A DNA stretch of 64,000 nucleotides from a virus. Taxonomy: Duplodnaviria; Caudoviricetes. Below are positions 19,205 to 27,679 of the stretch, piece after piece. A program made the position numbers and the translations under genes. The notes under the pieces were generated by a model. That model ran no database searches and was not told the origin of the DNA. It saw only the letters and a list, made by a program, of their open reading frames with translations. The first letter of the stretch is position 1; each line of letters begins with the position of its first letter. The stretch lies in the IMG/VR virus record IMGVR_UViG_3300006204_000007, positions 14,960 through 78,959 of that record; one strand, written 5' to 3'.

Positions 19205-19813
19205 TTAGAAAATCACAGGAGCCGGACTGGTATCTTTTGCCGGGGTCTGCTTCGGCTCGGACTTGTCCGTAAACTTCGGCGCACTTCCGGCGGCTTTCTC
19301 TTTGGCTTCGGCCTCTGCCTTTTCAGCTTCGGTCTGGTAGAAATGGTCTTTTTCATTCTCCTTTGCCAGATAGTCCGACAGCCCCATAAATGCGCCGTCC
19401 TTCCACTTCAAGCCGTCATCGCCCATGATTTCACGCATGAGAGAATCCCTGACACGTCCTGACTCGATTTTCAGCTTGTCAAACTCGCCTTTCAGATAAT
19501 CCCGCTGGTCACGCTCCAAAATCTGCTTCGTAGCCATGTCCTGCGCTTCTTTTGCAGCCTGTTTATACTTCTGGATTTCCTCCTCCTGTTTCTCCGGGTC
19601 GATGTCCTTAAACTTCTCCAGGGTTTCATTTGCCGTGTCAAGCTGCCCTTTGTAAGTGTCCCGGTCTGCTTCTGCCGCTTCCAGCTTCTTGACCTGCTTG
19701 TTGTAATCAGCAATAGGCTTATAGTTCTCGGCTACGGCATCATTGACAGCCTTTTTCTGCTCCTCCGTTACTTCCAGTCCTGCGTCTTTCAAAATCTGCT
19801 CAATACTTTTCAT
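19205..19813 (-). CDS. Capsid scaffolding protein (Gp20-like)
   Basis: Charged coiled coil, GLSDYL..ENEKD, Pro-rich C-terminus, upstream of capsid gene. Confidence 0.8.
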   Translation of the reverse strand: MKSIEQILKDAGLEVTEEQKKAVNDAVAENYKPIADYNKQVKKLEAAEADRDTYKGQLDTANETLEKFKDIDPEKQEEEIQKYKQAAKEAQDMATKQILERDQRDYLKGEFDKLKIESGRVRDSLMREIMGDDGLKWKDGAFMGLSDYLAKENEKDHFYQTEAEKAEAEAKEKAAGSAPKFTDKSEPKQTPAKDTSPAPVIF

Positions 19814-19890
19814 GCTCCATGTCCTCCATACATTTGTTTATACCGGGCTGTCCCCGGTCTGTGAGTAAGCGTGTATACTGCGCCCAGTAA

Positions 19891-19936
19891 AGCCGTTCCG
19901 GGGATTGAACCCGGAAGCTGCCTATACAGAACGGCT
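19891..19936 (-). ncRNA. tRNA-like mini-helix (acceptor stem plus T arm, no D or anticodon arm)
   Basis: AGCCGTT/AACGGCT 7-bp stem and CCGGG-TTCAATC-CCCGG T arm joined by only 15 nt. Confidence 0.55.
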
Positions 19937-20102
19937 AATTCCTTTGATTGCCTGTTGTCAATTCTTCTCTCAACTTCTGCATTTTCTTTTCATGCTCTGC
20001 CTTAGTGATGTAATTTTCGTGAATCTTTTTGTACAGCTCTCTGTGTCTTTCTGGCGGCACAACCAGGCCAAATTCCTTGCAAATTTCAATAATGTTTTTC
20101 AT
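19935..20102 (-). CDS. 55-aa protein resembling the scaffold N-terminus
   Basis: GGAGG RBS; MKNIIEICKEFGL...ENYITKAE vs scaffold MKSIEQILKDAGL...ENYKPIAD. Confidence 0.55.
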   Translation of the reverse strand: MKNIIEICKEFGLVVPPERHRELYKKIHENYITKAEHEKKMQKLREELTTGNQRN

Positions 20103-20320
20103 GATATGTCCTCCTTAACGTATTTTTTAACAGCGTGTCCGCTGTATGGATTTAGGCAGATGAACCTCTGCCGGGGTAGCGCCCAAGCAAGGAGTCGAAC
20201 CTTGCCGTCCATGGGTCTCATACAGTTTGCAAAGCTGAATCTCCCATAGCCAACACAGCCGTTGCTACTTTCCCTCTGTATGCGCACTTCTTTGGGATTT
20301 CACAAGTGTTGCAGGCGTAA

Positions 20321-20394
20321 TCGGAATTGGTGGACTCGAACCACCGACACACGGCTTATAAGGCCGCCGCTCTAACCGACTGAGCTAAATTCCG
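20321..20394 (-). tRNA. tRNA-Ile, anticodon UAU
   Basis: Full cloverleaf: CGGAATT/AATTCCG acceptor, AGCTCAGTCGGTTAGAGC D arm, anticodon loop CTTATAA, GGTGG-TTCGAGT-CCACC T arm, discriminator A. Confidence 0.92.
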
Positions 20395-20522
20395 AGGGAG
20401 TGCGCCCACCCACAAGGGGCAGACGCTAGGGAATGCCGCCTATAACGGTCAGCACTTCTAAAAGTAACTGGGTTGAGTTCCACAGAGGATATAGGAAAAT
20501 CAAATAATTGATAATGTCAAAA

Positions 20523-20584
20523 TAAAAATGCCAGCAAACACGATTTCTCGTATCTACTGGCACTGAAGCTTTGTTACTGGCACT
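20523..20584 (-). promoter_or_regulatory. GTGCCAG...CTGGCA hairpin with GAAA tetraloop and U-tract, preceded by a repeat of GTGCCAGTA
   Basis: Stem seen directly; same outer stem as the tape measure leaders. Confidence 0.55.
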
Positions 20585-20589
20585 AAACG

Positions 20590-20772
20590 CTATTCATTTA
20601 AAAGTTTAAAGAATAAAATTACTGGATTTTTATATCCATCACTTTTTAAAAACTCTGTAAGCCTTACCATGTTATCAAACGAATCTATTTTGTAATCCAG
20701 TTTAAGGCAAATTCCTGTGTGCATTTGTCCTTCTTCGTGGTCGCTCAATATTGCAAAATAGTATTCAAACAT
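20590..20772 (-). CDS. Small hypothetical protein
   Basis: Coupled to the upstream gene. Confidence 0.6.
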   Translation of the reverse strand: MFEYYFAILSDHEEGQMHTGICLKLDYKIDSFDNMVRLTEFLKSDGYKNPVILFFKLLNE

Positions 20773-20975
20773 TACTTCCCCACCGCCTTACTCTCCATAT
20801 CCTTAATATCCATAACCGTCTCCCTTTTGCACTTCGGGCAGAACACAATGAGGTTTTTCGCTTCCGTGTCCGGCCTGATTTTCGTGCGGGTTTTTCCTCC
20901 ACAGATGGGGCAGAGTACCCATTTTTCAATCACATTCTTTTTCATAACAAGAAATTTTTCTCCATGCGATAACAT
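20772..20975 (-). CDS. Cysteine-rich KTR zinc-ribbon protein
   Basis: WVLCPICGGKTRTKIR...FCPKCKRET motif. Confidence 0.8.
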   Translation of the reverse strand: MLSHGEKFLVMKKNVIEKWVLCPICGGKTRTKIRPDTEAKNLIVFCPKCKRETVMDIKDMESKAVGK

Positions 20976-21095
20976 CTATTATTATTTCTATTTTACACTT
21001 ATGGCAACTTATACTAAAGTTTCTTGGGCACATTTCGAGATATATTTTTGATTTTGTTTTTCCTCCGCAAAATGGGCAGCGTACCCGTTTTTCTG

Positions 21096-21563
21096 TCATG
21101 GCTGATACCTCTCATAATCAATCGTTTCAAATTCATCAAACACATTTGGATAGAATATGCCAATCCAAAAATCGCGCTGAATATTCTGATTGTACGCAAC
21201 ATCTTGATTCCAATCCTGAACCTCGTCGATGATTTTTTTGCTTAGAAGTCCAAATTCATCACGGCAAGAACCACTTTCCAATTTGTACGTAAGTGCGGTA
21301 TATGTTTCTCTCCACATGTGAACTTTTGCGTTAATTCCGCAACTGTTCAAAATAATTACAATCAACATAATTAAAGCGACTAATCCGCTAATCACCGCAA
21401 CTGTACTGCCGCCAAATAGAAGTTCGTCATCATGACGATACACAAATTCAATATACTTGTTGTTATCGTCTTCTCCCCGACAAAACTTCTCGCCTATTTT
21501 TACAGTTGCCACCATAAAAGCAATTCCTAAAGCCGTTAAAATTAAAGCAATCCAAAATACCAT
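21096..21563 (-). CDS. Membrane protein, two predicted TM segments
   Basis: Hydrophobic N-terminus and a second hydrophobic stretch; RBS GGAGGG; promoter at 21589..21621. Confidence 0.75.
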   Translation of the reverse strand: MVFWIALILTALGIAFMVATVKIGEKFCRGEDDNNKYIEFVYRHDDELLFGGSTVAVISGLVALIMLIVIILNSCGINAKVHMWRETYTALTYKLESGSCRDEFGLLSKKIIDEVQDWNQDVAYNQNIQRDFWIGIFYPNVFDEFETIDYERYQP

Positions 21564-21588
21564 TTCTCTATCCCTCCCGATTTCCTAT

Positions 21589-21621
21589 ATTGTACCGCAG
21601 TTTTTCTGGGTAGTTGTACCA
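21589..21621 (-). promoter_or_regulatory. TGGTACAA-N19-TACAAT promoter
   Basis: Box 21614..21621, -10 at 21589..21594. Confidence 0.8.
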
Positions 21622-21630
21622 AGTTAAAGG

Positions 21631-21768
21631 CTATTTCTTTTTGGAACCTCCAAAAATAGCACCGAAAATCAGAGCAAGCATTATACCGATATTCCAAATT
21701 AAAACAACCGTTCCGCTGAACACCCAAAAGCTGCTAAATATGTACTTCAAAACATCCAACATTCCCAT
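21631..21768 (-). CDS. 45-aa membrane peptide (MGMLDVLKYIFSSFW...)
   Basis: GGAGG RBS before ATG 21768; single hydrophobic helix. Confidence 0.6.
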   Translation of the reverse strand: MGMLDVLKYIFSSFWVFSGTVVLIWNIGIMLALIFGAIFGGSKKK

Positions 21769-22102
21769 ATCCTCCCTTTTACGGTTTCCGACAGGGAAAA
21801 ACTCCCCTATCGGAATATTTTGTTTTCGACAGGGCAGTGACCGCTTGCTCCTGTCTAGCGTAGAGCGACTACGCAGCATAGAGGAACAAGGAATCGAACC
21901 TTGCCAGCGAAGCCATGCCATCACATTTCAAGCCTGCACACTCTACTCTGCGAAGAGCTATCTGTTCCCAGTAATACCTCTACTATCCATACAAACCACG
22001 CACCACCGACTATTTGCAGTTCATCAAGCAATACTCAGTTCAAAGATATTGTCCATTTTCTGTCTGCAAGGACTGTACAGGGGAATTTCTTCAACCATTT
22101 AC

Positions 22103-22135
22103 ATCATACCATGATTCAATAAATTATTTGTACCA
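22103..22135 (-). promoter_or_regulatory. TGGTACAA-N19-TATGAT promoter
   Basis: Box 22128..22135, -10 at 22103..22108. Confidence 0.8.
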
Positions 22136-22175
22136 GGTTATGCGCAAAAGAAAATAGATGTAAAAAGAAATGACT

Positions 22176-22452
22176 TAGTAGCATTGGTAGTCTTGGTAGC
22201 TTTTTTGACATTCCATCAAACCCTTGATTTTACTGACATTTTTAACACAAAGCTACTAAAGCTACTAAGGCTACTAATATATATTGTTTTCTTATGATAA
22301 AAAATATATATATAATAATATATAGTAAATATATATAATAAAGATTGTTGAAAAATTTGGTAGTTTTGGTAGCTATGGTTACAAACCCTTTAAAATCAAG
22401 GCTTTCAACGGCTACCATCTGACTACCAACTAGGCTACCAACTAGCTACCAT
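22176..22452. repeat. Iteron-like GCTACYAA arrays in alternating orientation around an AT-rich core
   Basis: Four arrays at ~22176-22200, 22251-22277, 22358-22373 and 22410-22452; TA-rich stretch at 22278-22340. Confidence 0.8.
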
Positions 22453-22474
22453 AGTTGCTTTTTATAGAAAAAGA

Positions 22475-22490
22475 GCGGCATCACTGCCGC
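22475..22490 (-). terminator. Intrinsic terminator after the GIY-YIG gene
   Basis: GCGGCA/TGCCGC stem with downstream T-tract on the minus strand. Confidence 0.65.
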
Positions 22491-23071
22491 CCCTTGTCGT
22501 GGGAGATTTTTTCTTCGATTGCTTGAACAATATATGCGTTTAGGCTCATATTGGAGTTATCGGCGTATTGTTGTATTTCTGCATAAAGAGAAGCGTCAAT
22601 ATGTATATTTCTTATGATTTTTTCTTTATATATCGGTTTCTCTCGTTTTTGGATAATTTCTGAAATATATTTTGCCATCACGCTATCTTTTTTGCATTCT
22701 CTAAGCATAGACAATAATTCATTTTTACTTGAACATGTTGTTTTTGCTTTGTTATATCCCACATTTAAACTATCATATTTTTGGATAAAGAATGATTCTT
22801 TCTCAAACAAATCAAATTGATTGCACCCATACGGCAACATTTCTAAAATTTCTACAGAAAATGTATCTCCATTCTGAATATCGTTCTTCATGGTTAAAAT
22901 AGGTGATAGGCTATGCTGTTTTATTCTCTTTTTCACATTTTGAGAAGAACCAATATACATCTTTTGGCTTCGATTGTTTATAATGGCGTATACTCCTATC
23001 CCCTCATAATCTGGTATATCAATTACAAATTCAGTATTGTTTACAATTTTCTCCATAAAATATCCTTTCAA
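22481..23071 (-). CDS. GIY-YIG nuclease-domain protein with C-terminal ribbon-helix-helix
   Basis: GVYAIIN...MYIGSS...RIKQH; C-terminal NIHIDASLYAEIQQYA...SLNAYIVQAIEEK. Confidence 0.75.
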   Translation of the reverse strand: MKGYFMEKIVNNTEFVIDIPDYEGIGVYAIINNRSQKMYIGSSQNVKKRIKQHSLSPILTMKNDIQNGDTFSVEILEMLPYGCNQFDLFEKESFFIQKYDSLNVGYNKAKTTCSSKNELLSMLRECKKDSVMAKYISEIIQKREKPIYKEKIIRNIHIDASLYAEIQQYADNSNMSLNAYIVQAIEEKISHDKGRQ

Positions 23072-23074
23072 AAA

Positions 23075-23299
23075 TCAATCTGTCACCCTGTCCCCGTCCG
23101 GCAAAACAAACGAACTTTCAAACTTGCACCCGGCGGCTTCTGCTACTTTTTTCAATTCTGCCGGAGTAAAGGTTTCCCTTTTCATTTTCTGGATAAATGC
23201 TTGCGGACTTGTGCCGCATAACCTTGCCAATTCTGAAACACTGATGTTAAGCTTCACACATAATATTTTTATCTGTTCTGATACTGCCAATATATCCAC
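23075..23299 (-). CDS. XRE-family HTH repressor
   Basis: ISVSELARLCGTSPQAFIQKMKRE motif. Confidence 0.8.
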   Translation of the reverse strand: MDILAVSEQIKILCVKLNISVSELARLCGTSPQAFIQKMKRETFTPAELKKVAEAAGCKFESSFVLPDGDRVTD

Positions 23300-23314
23300 C
23301 TCTCTTTCTATACC

Positions 23315-23416
23315 TTATTATAAACGAAAACATTTAAAATAGCAATATCTTTACTCAAAAAATAAATAAAAATATTTAATATAAGTGTTGACATTTTAAA
23401 CAGAACCGTTTATAAT
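23315..23416 (+). promoter_or_regulatory. Consensus sigmaA promoter with TAAAC-N6-RTTTA operators
   Basis: TTGACA 23388..23393, 17-nt gap, TATAAT 23411..23416; TAAAC-N6-GTTTA overlaps it and TAAAC-N6-ATTTA lies near the HTH start. Confidence 0.75.
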
Positions 23417-23448
23417 TAGACTTATCAAAGGAACGGAGGATATGGGAT

Positions 23449-23721
23449 ATGAGAAAAGAAATAAAAGATTTGCACGCTTTGATAATGTCGGATTGCAAAA
23501 ACATCAGGAGCAAAACCGATTGGATGGACGCAACTAATTGGAGAGCAGCGACATTAAATGCAATCATAGATGCTTACGAAAACGGTGATATTTCCAGAGC
23601 AGTATACCGATTTTTGAAAAGAAAGGTACGTGCTTCTATGGTTGAGGGCAGATTTAATGATTCTAAAAATGCAAGAGCTTTCAGCAAAAAGCCTTCAAAA
23701 AGATATGTGCAATTATTTTGA
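23449..23721 (+). CDS. Hypothetical moron protein
   Basis: RBS GGAGG downstream of the consensus promoter. Confidence 0.7.
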   Translation: MRKEIKDLHALIMSDCKNIRSKTDWMDATNWRAATLNAIIDAYENGDISRAVYRFLKRKVRASMVEGRFNDSKNARAFSKKPSKRYVQLF

Positions 23722-23772
23722 TTAACCACACCACCCACCCGGCGGGGTTGCGCCAGGAGAAAGAAGGAAGAT

Positions 23773-23973
23773 ATGAAAATAGACGGTATAAAAATTAAAG
23801 GGCATGTTGGTAATTGGTATGTAATTGATGAGACTGTGTGGAATGGCGAAAAAGTGTATCTTTTAGAGCATGAGACGTATGGAGATGAAGCCGCTTGTCT
23901 AATCGTAAATGGAGATTTATCAGTCGTTTTGGATGACGTATGGAATGGTTTCGAAGACCTTGAAGACTTATGA
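23773..23973 (+). CDS. Small acidic protein resembling a domain of large polyvalent proteins
   Basis: GHVGNWYVIDE...LLEHETYGDEAAC...WNGF motif; family recalled, not verified. Confidence 0.6.
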   Translation: MKIDGIKIKGHVGNWYVIDETVWNGEKVYLLEHETYGDEAACLIVNGDLSVVLDDVWNGFEDLEDL

Positions 23974-24020
23974 TTTTATCCCGTCCCTGCCGGGTAATGC
24001 AGGGAGAAAGTGAGAAGAAT

Positions 24021-24218
24021 ATGACGAACTCCGATTTTGACAGAATGAAATCTTTTATTTATAGTCATAGATTCAAAGGTTTGTATAGGCTTTCGGACGG
24101 TTCCGAAATACGCTCCCATAAGATGTCGTGCGGCACAGAATACGCTCTGTATACCGCTGACAACAACTGCGTTACCGTAGAATACGACATTGAACGATTT
24201 AGATTTCTTCTTGTATAA
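24021..24218 (+). CDS. Small hypothetical protein
   Basis: Third gene of the plus-strand operon. Confidence 0.55.
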   Translation: MTNSDFDRMKSFIYSHRFKGLYRLSDGSEIRSHKMSCGTEYALYTADNNCVTVEYDIERFRFLLV

Positions 24219-24241
24219 AGAAAAGGTGGCAGGATAACACC

Positions 24242-25920
24242 CAATGTCATTTAGATAAGGACGATGCAAAGAACAGTGTATGTAGAAATATGTACCCTGT
24301 TCTTTTTTTGTATAATTTCATAAATCACTTGACAGGATAAACCAAATGTGTGGCCGCTCTGACTATCTAAAAAGAAAGATAGTCAGAGCGGCCCTTGTAA
24401 TTAAGAACGATCTTGATTGCAAGGAGGATTACACAATGAATCATTCTACAGAGGTGAAGCAAAAACTATTATCCATTATTACAGAGATGGATTCTTACCG
24501 TTGGTTGTTTACAAAGAATCCGGAAACGGATTTTTCACGTAAAAAGAAATGGTCATTTGAAGAGATAATGAAGTTTATGCTTACTATGGAAGGCAAAACA
24601 TTAAGAGATGAACTTTTGGAATATTTTGATTTTGACAGTTCCGCGCCATCGAATTCAGCATTTAACCAGCGAAGGGCACAGATATTGCCAGAAGCATTTG
24701 AATTCTTATTTCAAGAATTCACTAAATCTTTTCATGATAATGCTGCATATAAAGGGTTTAGATTAATTGCCTGTGATGGTTCGGATTTATGCATTGCCAA
24801 CAATCCCAAAGATGAAACGACCTATTTTCAACCGCTTCCTGACAGCAAAGGCTTTAACCAACTACATTTAAACGCTTTTTATGATTTATGCAGCAGAAGA
24901 TACACAGATGCAATTATCCAACCTGCCCGATTGAAAAATGAAAATAGTGCTATGTGTGAATTGATTGACAGATACAGTGGTCAAACTGCTATTTTTATTG
25001 CAGACAGAGGTTATGAGAACTATAATATATTTGCTCATGCGGAACACAAAGGAATGTATTACCTAATACGCGTCAAAGATGTAACAAGTAATGGAATCGC
25101 TTCTGGGCTGACAATGCTGCCGGAGAGTGATGAATTTGACGAATGGGTTAATCTTACTCTCACAAAAAAGCAGACAAATGAAGTAAAAGCAAATCCCCAA
25201 AAATACAGAATTATTATGAAAAAAACACCTTTTGATTATCTTGACCTGCATTTTAATAAGTTTTACGAAATGAAAATGAGGGTGGTGCGTTTTCCAATCT
25301 CACAAGACTCTTATGAATGTATTATTACAAATCTACCACAAGAAAAATTTAGTTCTGATGAAATCAAACAGTTATATGCGAAACGCTGGGGAATAGAAAC
25401 CTCTTTTCGCGAGTTAAAATATGCATTAGGATTAACGCGGTTTCATGCAAAGAAAACAGAATATATTATGCAGGAAATATGGTCAAGAATGACTCTGTAT
25501 AATTTCTGTGAGATTATAGCGGGTAATGTTGTTGTCAAACAGAAAGCCAGCTGCAAACATATATATCAGCTGAATTATACCCGTGCGATGCGGATTTGCT
25601 GTCATTTTCTATCAATAAAAGAAGAAAAAGCTCCACCCGATGTAGAGTATCTAATCGGACATGAGCTTCTTCCTGTACGTTCTGGGAGAACAGACCCTCG
25701 CAAAGTCAAACCCCAGTCCGCGATAAGCTTTCTATATAGAGCAGCCTAATCAAATATTAGTATATACCATTTTTAAGACAGATGAAAGCATCTGTCTGTT
25801 TGTCGTACAAATTTATTACGTTGAATGCTTTTAAATATAGAAAAACAGCGAATAAACAAAATGTTTACTCGCTGTAAAAAGAATCCTAACTGCAATGTTG
25901 TCCTTATCTAAATGACATTG
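24242..25920 (+). mobile_element. IS4-family insertion sequence
   Basis: Perfect 21-bp terminal inverted repeats CAATGTCATTTAGATAAGGAC (24242..24262, 25900..25920); 10-bp target duplication GGATAACACC (24232..24241, 25921..25930). Confidence 0.95.
24436..25749 (+). CDS. IS4-family DDE transposase (open frame begins at 24346)
   Basis: IACDGSD, FIADRGY and YAKRWGIETSFRELK (YREK) motifs. Confidence 0.95.
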   Translation: MNHSTEVKQKLLSIITEMDSYRWLFTKNPETDFSRKKKWSFEEIMKFMLTMEGKTLRDELLEYFDFDSSAPSNSAFNQRRAQILPEAFEFLFQEFTKSFHDNAAYKGFRLIACDGSDLCIANNPKDETTYFQPLPDSKGFNQLHLNAFYDLCSRRYTDAIIQPARLKNENSAMCELIDRYSGQTAIFIADRGYENYNIFAHAEHKGMYYLIRVKDVTSNGIASGLTMLPESDEFDEWVNLTLTKKQTNEVKANPQKYRIIMKKTPFDYLDLHFNKFYEMKMRVVRFPISQDSYECIITNLPQEKFSSDEIKQLYAKRWGIETSFRELKYALGLTRFHAKKTEYIMQEIWSRMTLYNFCEIIAGNVVVKQKASCKHIYQLNYTRAMRICCHFLSIKEEKAPPDVEYLIGHELLPVRSGRTDPRKVKPQSAISFLYRAA

Positions 25921-25976
25921 GGATAACACCCGCCGCCTTTTTTCTTACATCTCTGCAATTTTCCTTGCCCATATTT

Positions 25977-26525
25977 TTAATACATATCTGCCATTTGCCG
26001 GATGTGGCGCATGACAATTTCCCTTTCTTCCTTACAATCAGCATCGCGTGTGAGTTGCTTAATCATTCCATGTACCCCAGACATAAAGTCCTCTAATGCG
26101 TTTAACATCCGTTCTTTACTTCCATCGTCCCGGTTGTTGGAGTATTCCATCTTCCGGCTCCTGTATTCATCCATGTCGGTATCGTCCCCGGACAGACGGG
26201 AATAGTTCGGGCGGTGTACATATCTGCCAGTGGTTGCGCTTCTGCCCCGTCGATAGGAATTGCCATTATCATAATCGTTGGAGTAGTTCCCCTCCCGGCT
26301 GTAATCGCCGTTACGGGAATACCCGCCACGCTCCCGGCTGTAATCCTCCATATCCCGGCTATATCCGTCCATGGAATAACCGCCGCCGTCCTGCATCATC
26401 TCGATTTTGTCCACGCCCTTCATGATTTCCACCAGTTTATAGGCGTTGTCCAGATTGGAAGAAGTCAAGCCTTTTTCCTCAATCGCTTTCAGCTCTTTTT
26501 CTGCGTTTTCTCTCAATTTATGCAT
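25977..26525 (-). CDS. Hypothetical protein with YSR-type repeats
   Basis: GYSMDGYSRDMEDYSRERGGYSRNGDYSREGNYS low-complexity core between helical ends. Confidence 0.8.
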   Translation of the reverse strand: MHKLRENAEKELKAIEEKGLTSSNLDNAYKLVEIMKGVDKIEMMQDGGGYSMDGYSRDMEDYSRERGGYSRNGDYSREGNYSNDYDNGNSYRRGRSATTGRYVHRPNYSRLSGDDTDMDEYRSRKMEYSNNRDDGSKERMLNALEDFMSGVHGMIKQLTRDADCKEEREIVMRHIRQMADMY

Positions 26526-26528
26526 AAC

Positions 26529-26954
26529 TTAACCCTCCCTGTTAATCGTGATGTTTGCGTTCTGCATATCAATCGCCTGTGTGGAGGTGTTTTTGATTGA
26601 TACCTGTATGCAGCAGCCCTTCGGAATCCATACATCTGTAGCCATAGCCACATTGAAGTAATCGCCAACTGCTGCCGGAGTTACGATTGCATTTGTGGAT
26701 AAGTCTGCCTCTCCGTTGATTGCGATTGCAACGGATATCGGGCCAGCCGTTCCGCCAGTCGCAACAGCGATATTGCCAGAAAAGATTACCCTGTATTTCG
26801 CCCTGCAATTCTGCGTACAGCCACGCACTGTAAACTGTCCGCTGCCTGTTCTATGTAAGACAAGACCTTTATTGCAGCATGATGTTTCCCCAGAAAACAA
26901 AGCGTTCTGATTTTCCTGTATTGTCTGCACAGGAACATTTACAAATTCTGCCAT
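26529..26954 (-). CDS. Beta-sandwich protein resembling the BclA C-terminal/C1q-TNF-like domain
   Basis: All-beta pattern G.Y.V.FSGNIA...IAINGE...; CC pairs; GGAGG RBS before ATG 26954. Confidence 0.6.
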   Translation of the reverse strand: MAEFVNVPVQTIQENQNALFSGETSCCNKGLVLHRTGSGQFTVRGCTQNCRAKYRVIFSGNIAVATGGTAGPISVAIAINGEADLSTNAIVTPAAVGDYFNVAMATDVWIPKGCCIQVSIKNTSTQAIDMQNANITINREG

Positions 26955-27011
26955 GTTATTTTCCTCCAAATAAAAAACTACCAACTGTTTATAGCTGATA
27001 GTTTCTGGATT

Positions 27012-27470
27012 TCAAGCAGATAATGCTTTATTTTTCCACGACTTTCTATATTTGTAAATTCTTTCAGAAGTAATTGGATTGTAAGATACCAAACATTTAC
27101 AATCACCTGTCAAGTAACATTCAATAGGCTCTTTTTCCACGCCATAAACATTCACTTTTCCATTGTCTGTAATGCTTGAATATTCGGTATCAAGTTGGAA
27201 TTTTATGTGCTTACATTCAAACTCCAATACATTCTGGTCTGCGTCATAACCATATGTTTTTCGTAGAGTGATGGTCTTTATACATCGGTATGATTTCCCA
27301 AATGCGTGAATCATGCTTATGTTTGAATACTCTGTTTCTTCATCGTCTGGAACTTTGGGAGGTTCAGGGTCTATATAACTCATTATCTTCATTCCTGCCA
27401 CATAAAGAACTCCGAACAAAAACATTCCTATCAAATGCCCAAATATCATCATATCGCCCTCCAAACTCAA
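27012..27470 (-). CDS. AT-rich moron, N-terminally membrane-anchored protein
   Basis: Hydrophobic N-terminus; own promoter 27487..27519 and terminator ~26972..27004. Confidence 0.7.
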   Translation of the reverse strand: MSLEGDMMIFGHLIGMFLFGVLYVAGMKIMSYIDPEPPKVPDDEETEYSNISMIHAFGKSYRCIKTITLRKTYGYDADQNVLEFECKHIKFQLDTEYSSITDNGKVNVYGVEKEPIECYLTGDCKCLVSYNPITSERIYKYRKSWKNKALSA

Positions 27471-27486
27471 TAATTTATTTGTATAA

Positions 27487-27519
27487 ATTATATCATAATC
27501 AAACGAAAGATATGTACCA
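27487..27519 (-). promoter_or_regulatory. TGGTACAT-N19-TATAAT promoter
   Basis: Box 27512..27519, -10 at 27487..27492. Confidence 0.75.
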
Positions 27520-27679
27520 TTATATGAATGAAACCCACAAACTATCAGCCATATTCAGTTGTCAATGTCCAGTTAATCGCAAAAGGACAGAATCAATGTT
27601 CTGCCCTCCCACGTTGTAATAACGGCTCATGCCGAACATTTCCGATGTTTCACGGAAAAGATACATTCTTTTTCAGTTT

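Noticed and set aside
21614-22114. 166-aa plus-strand ORF and the 5' part of 21631..21924
   Set aside because: They overlap structured non-coding sequence and promoters; only the 45-aa peptide has an RBS.
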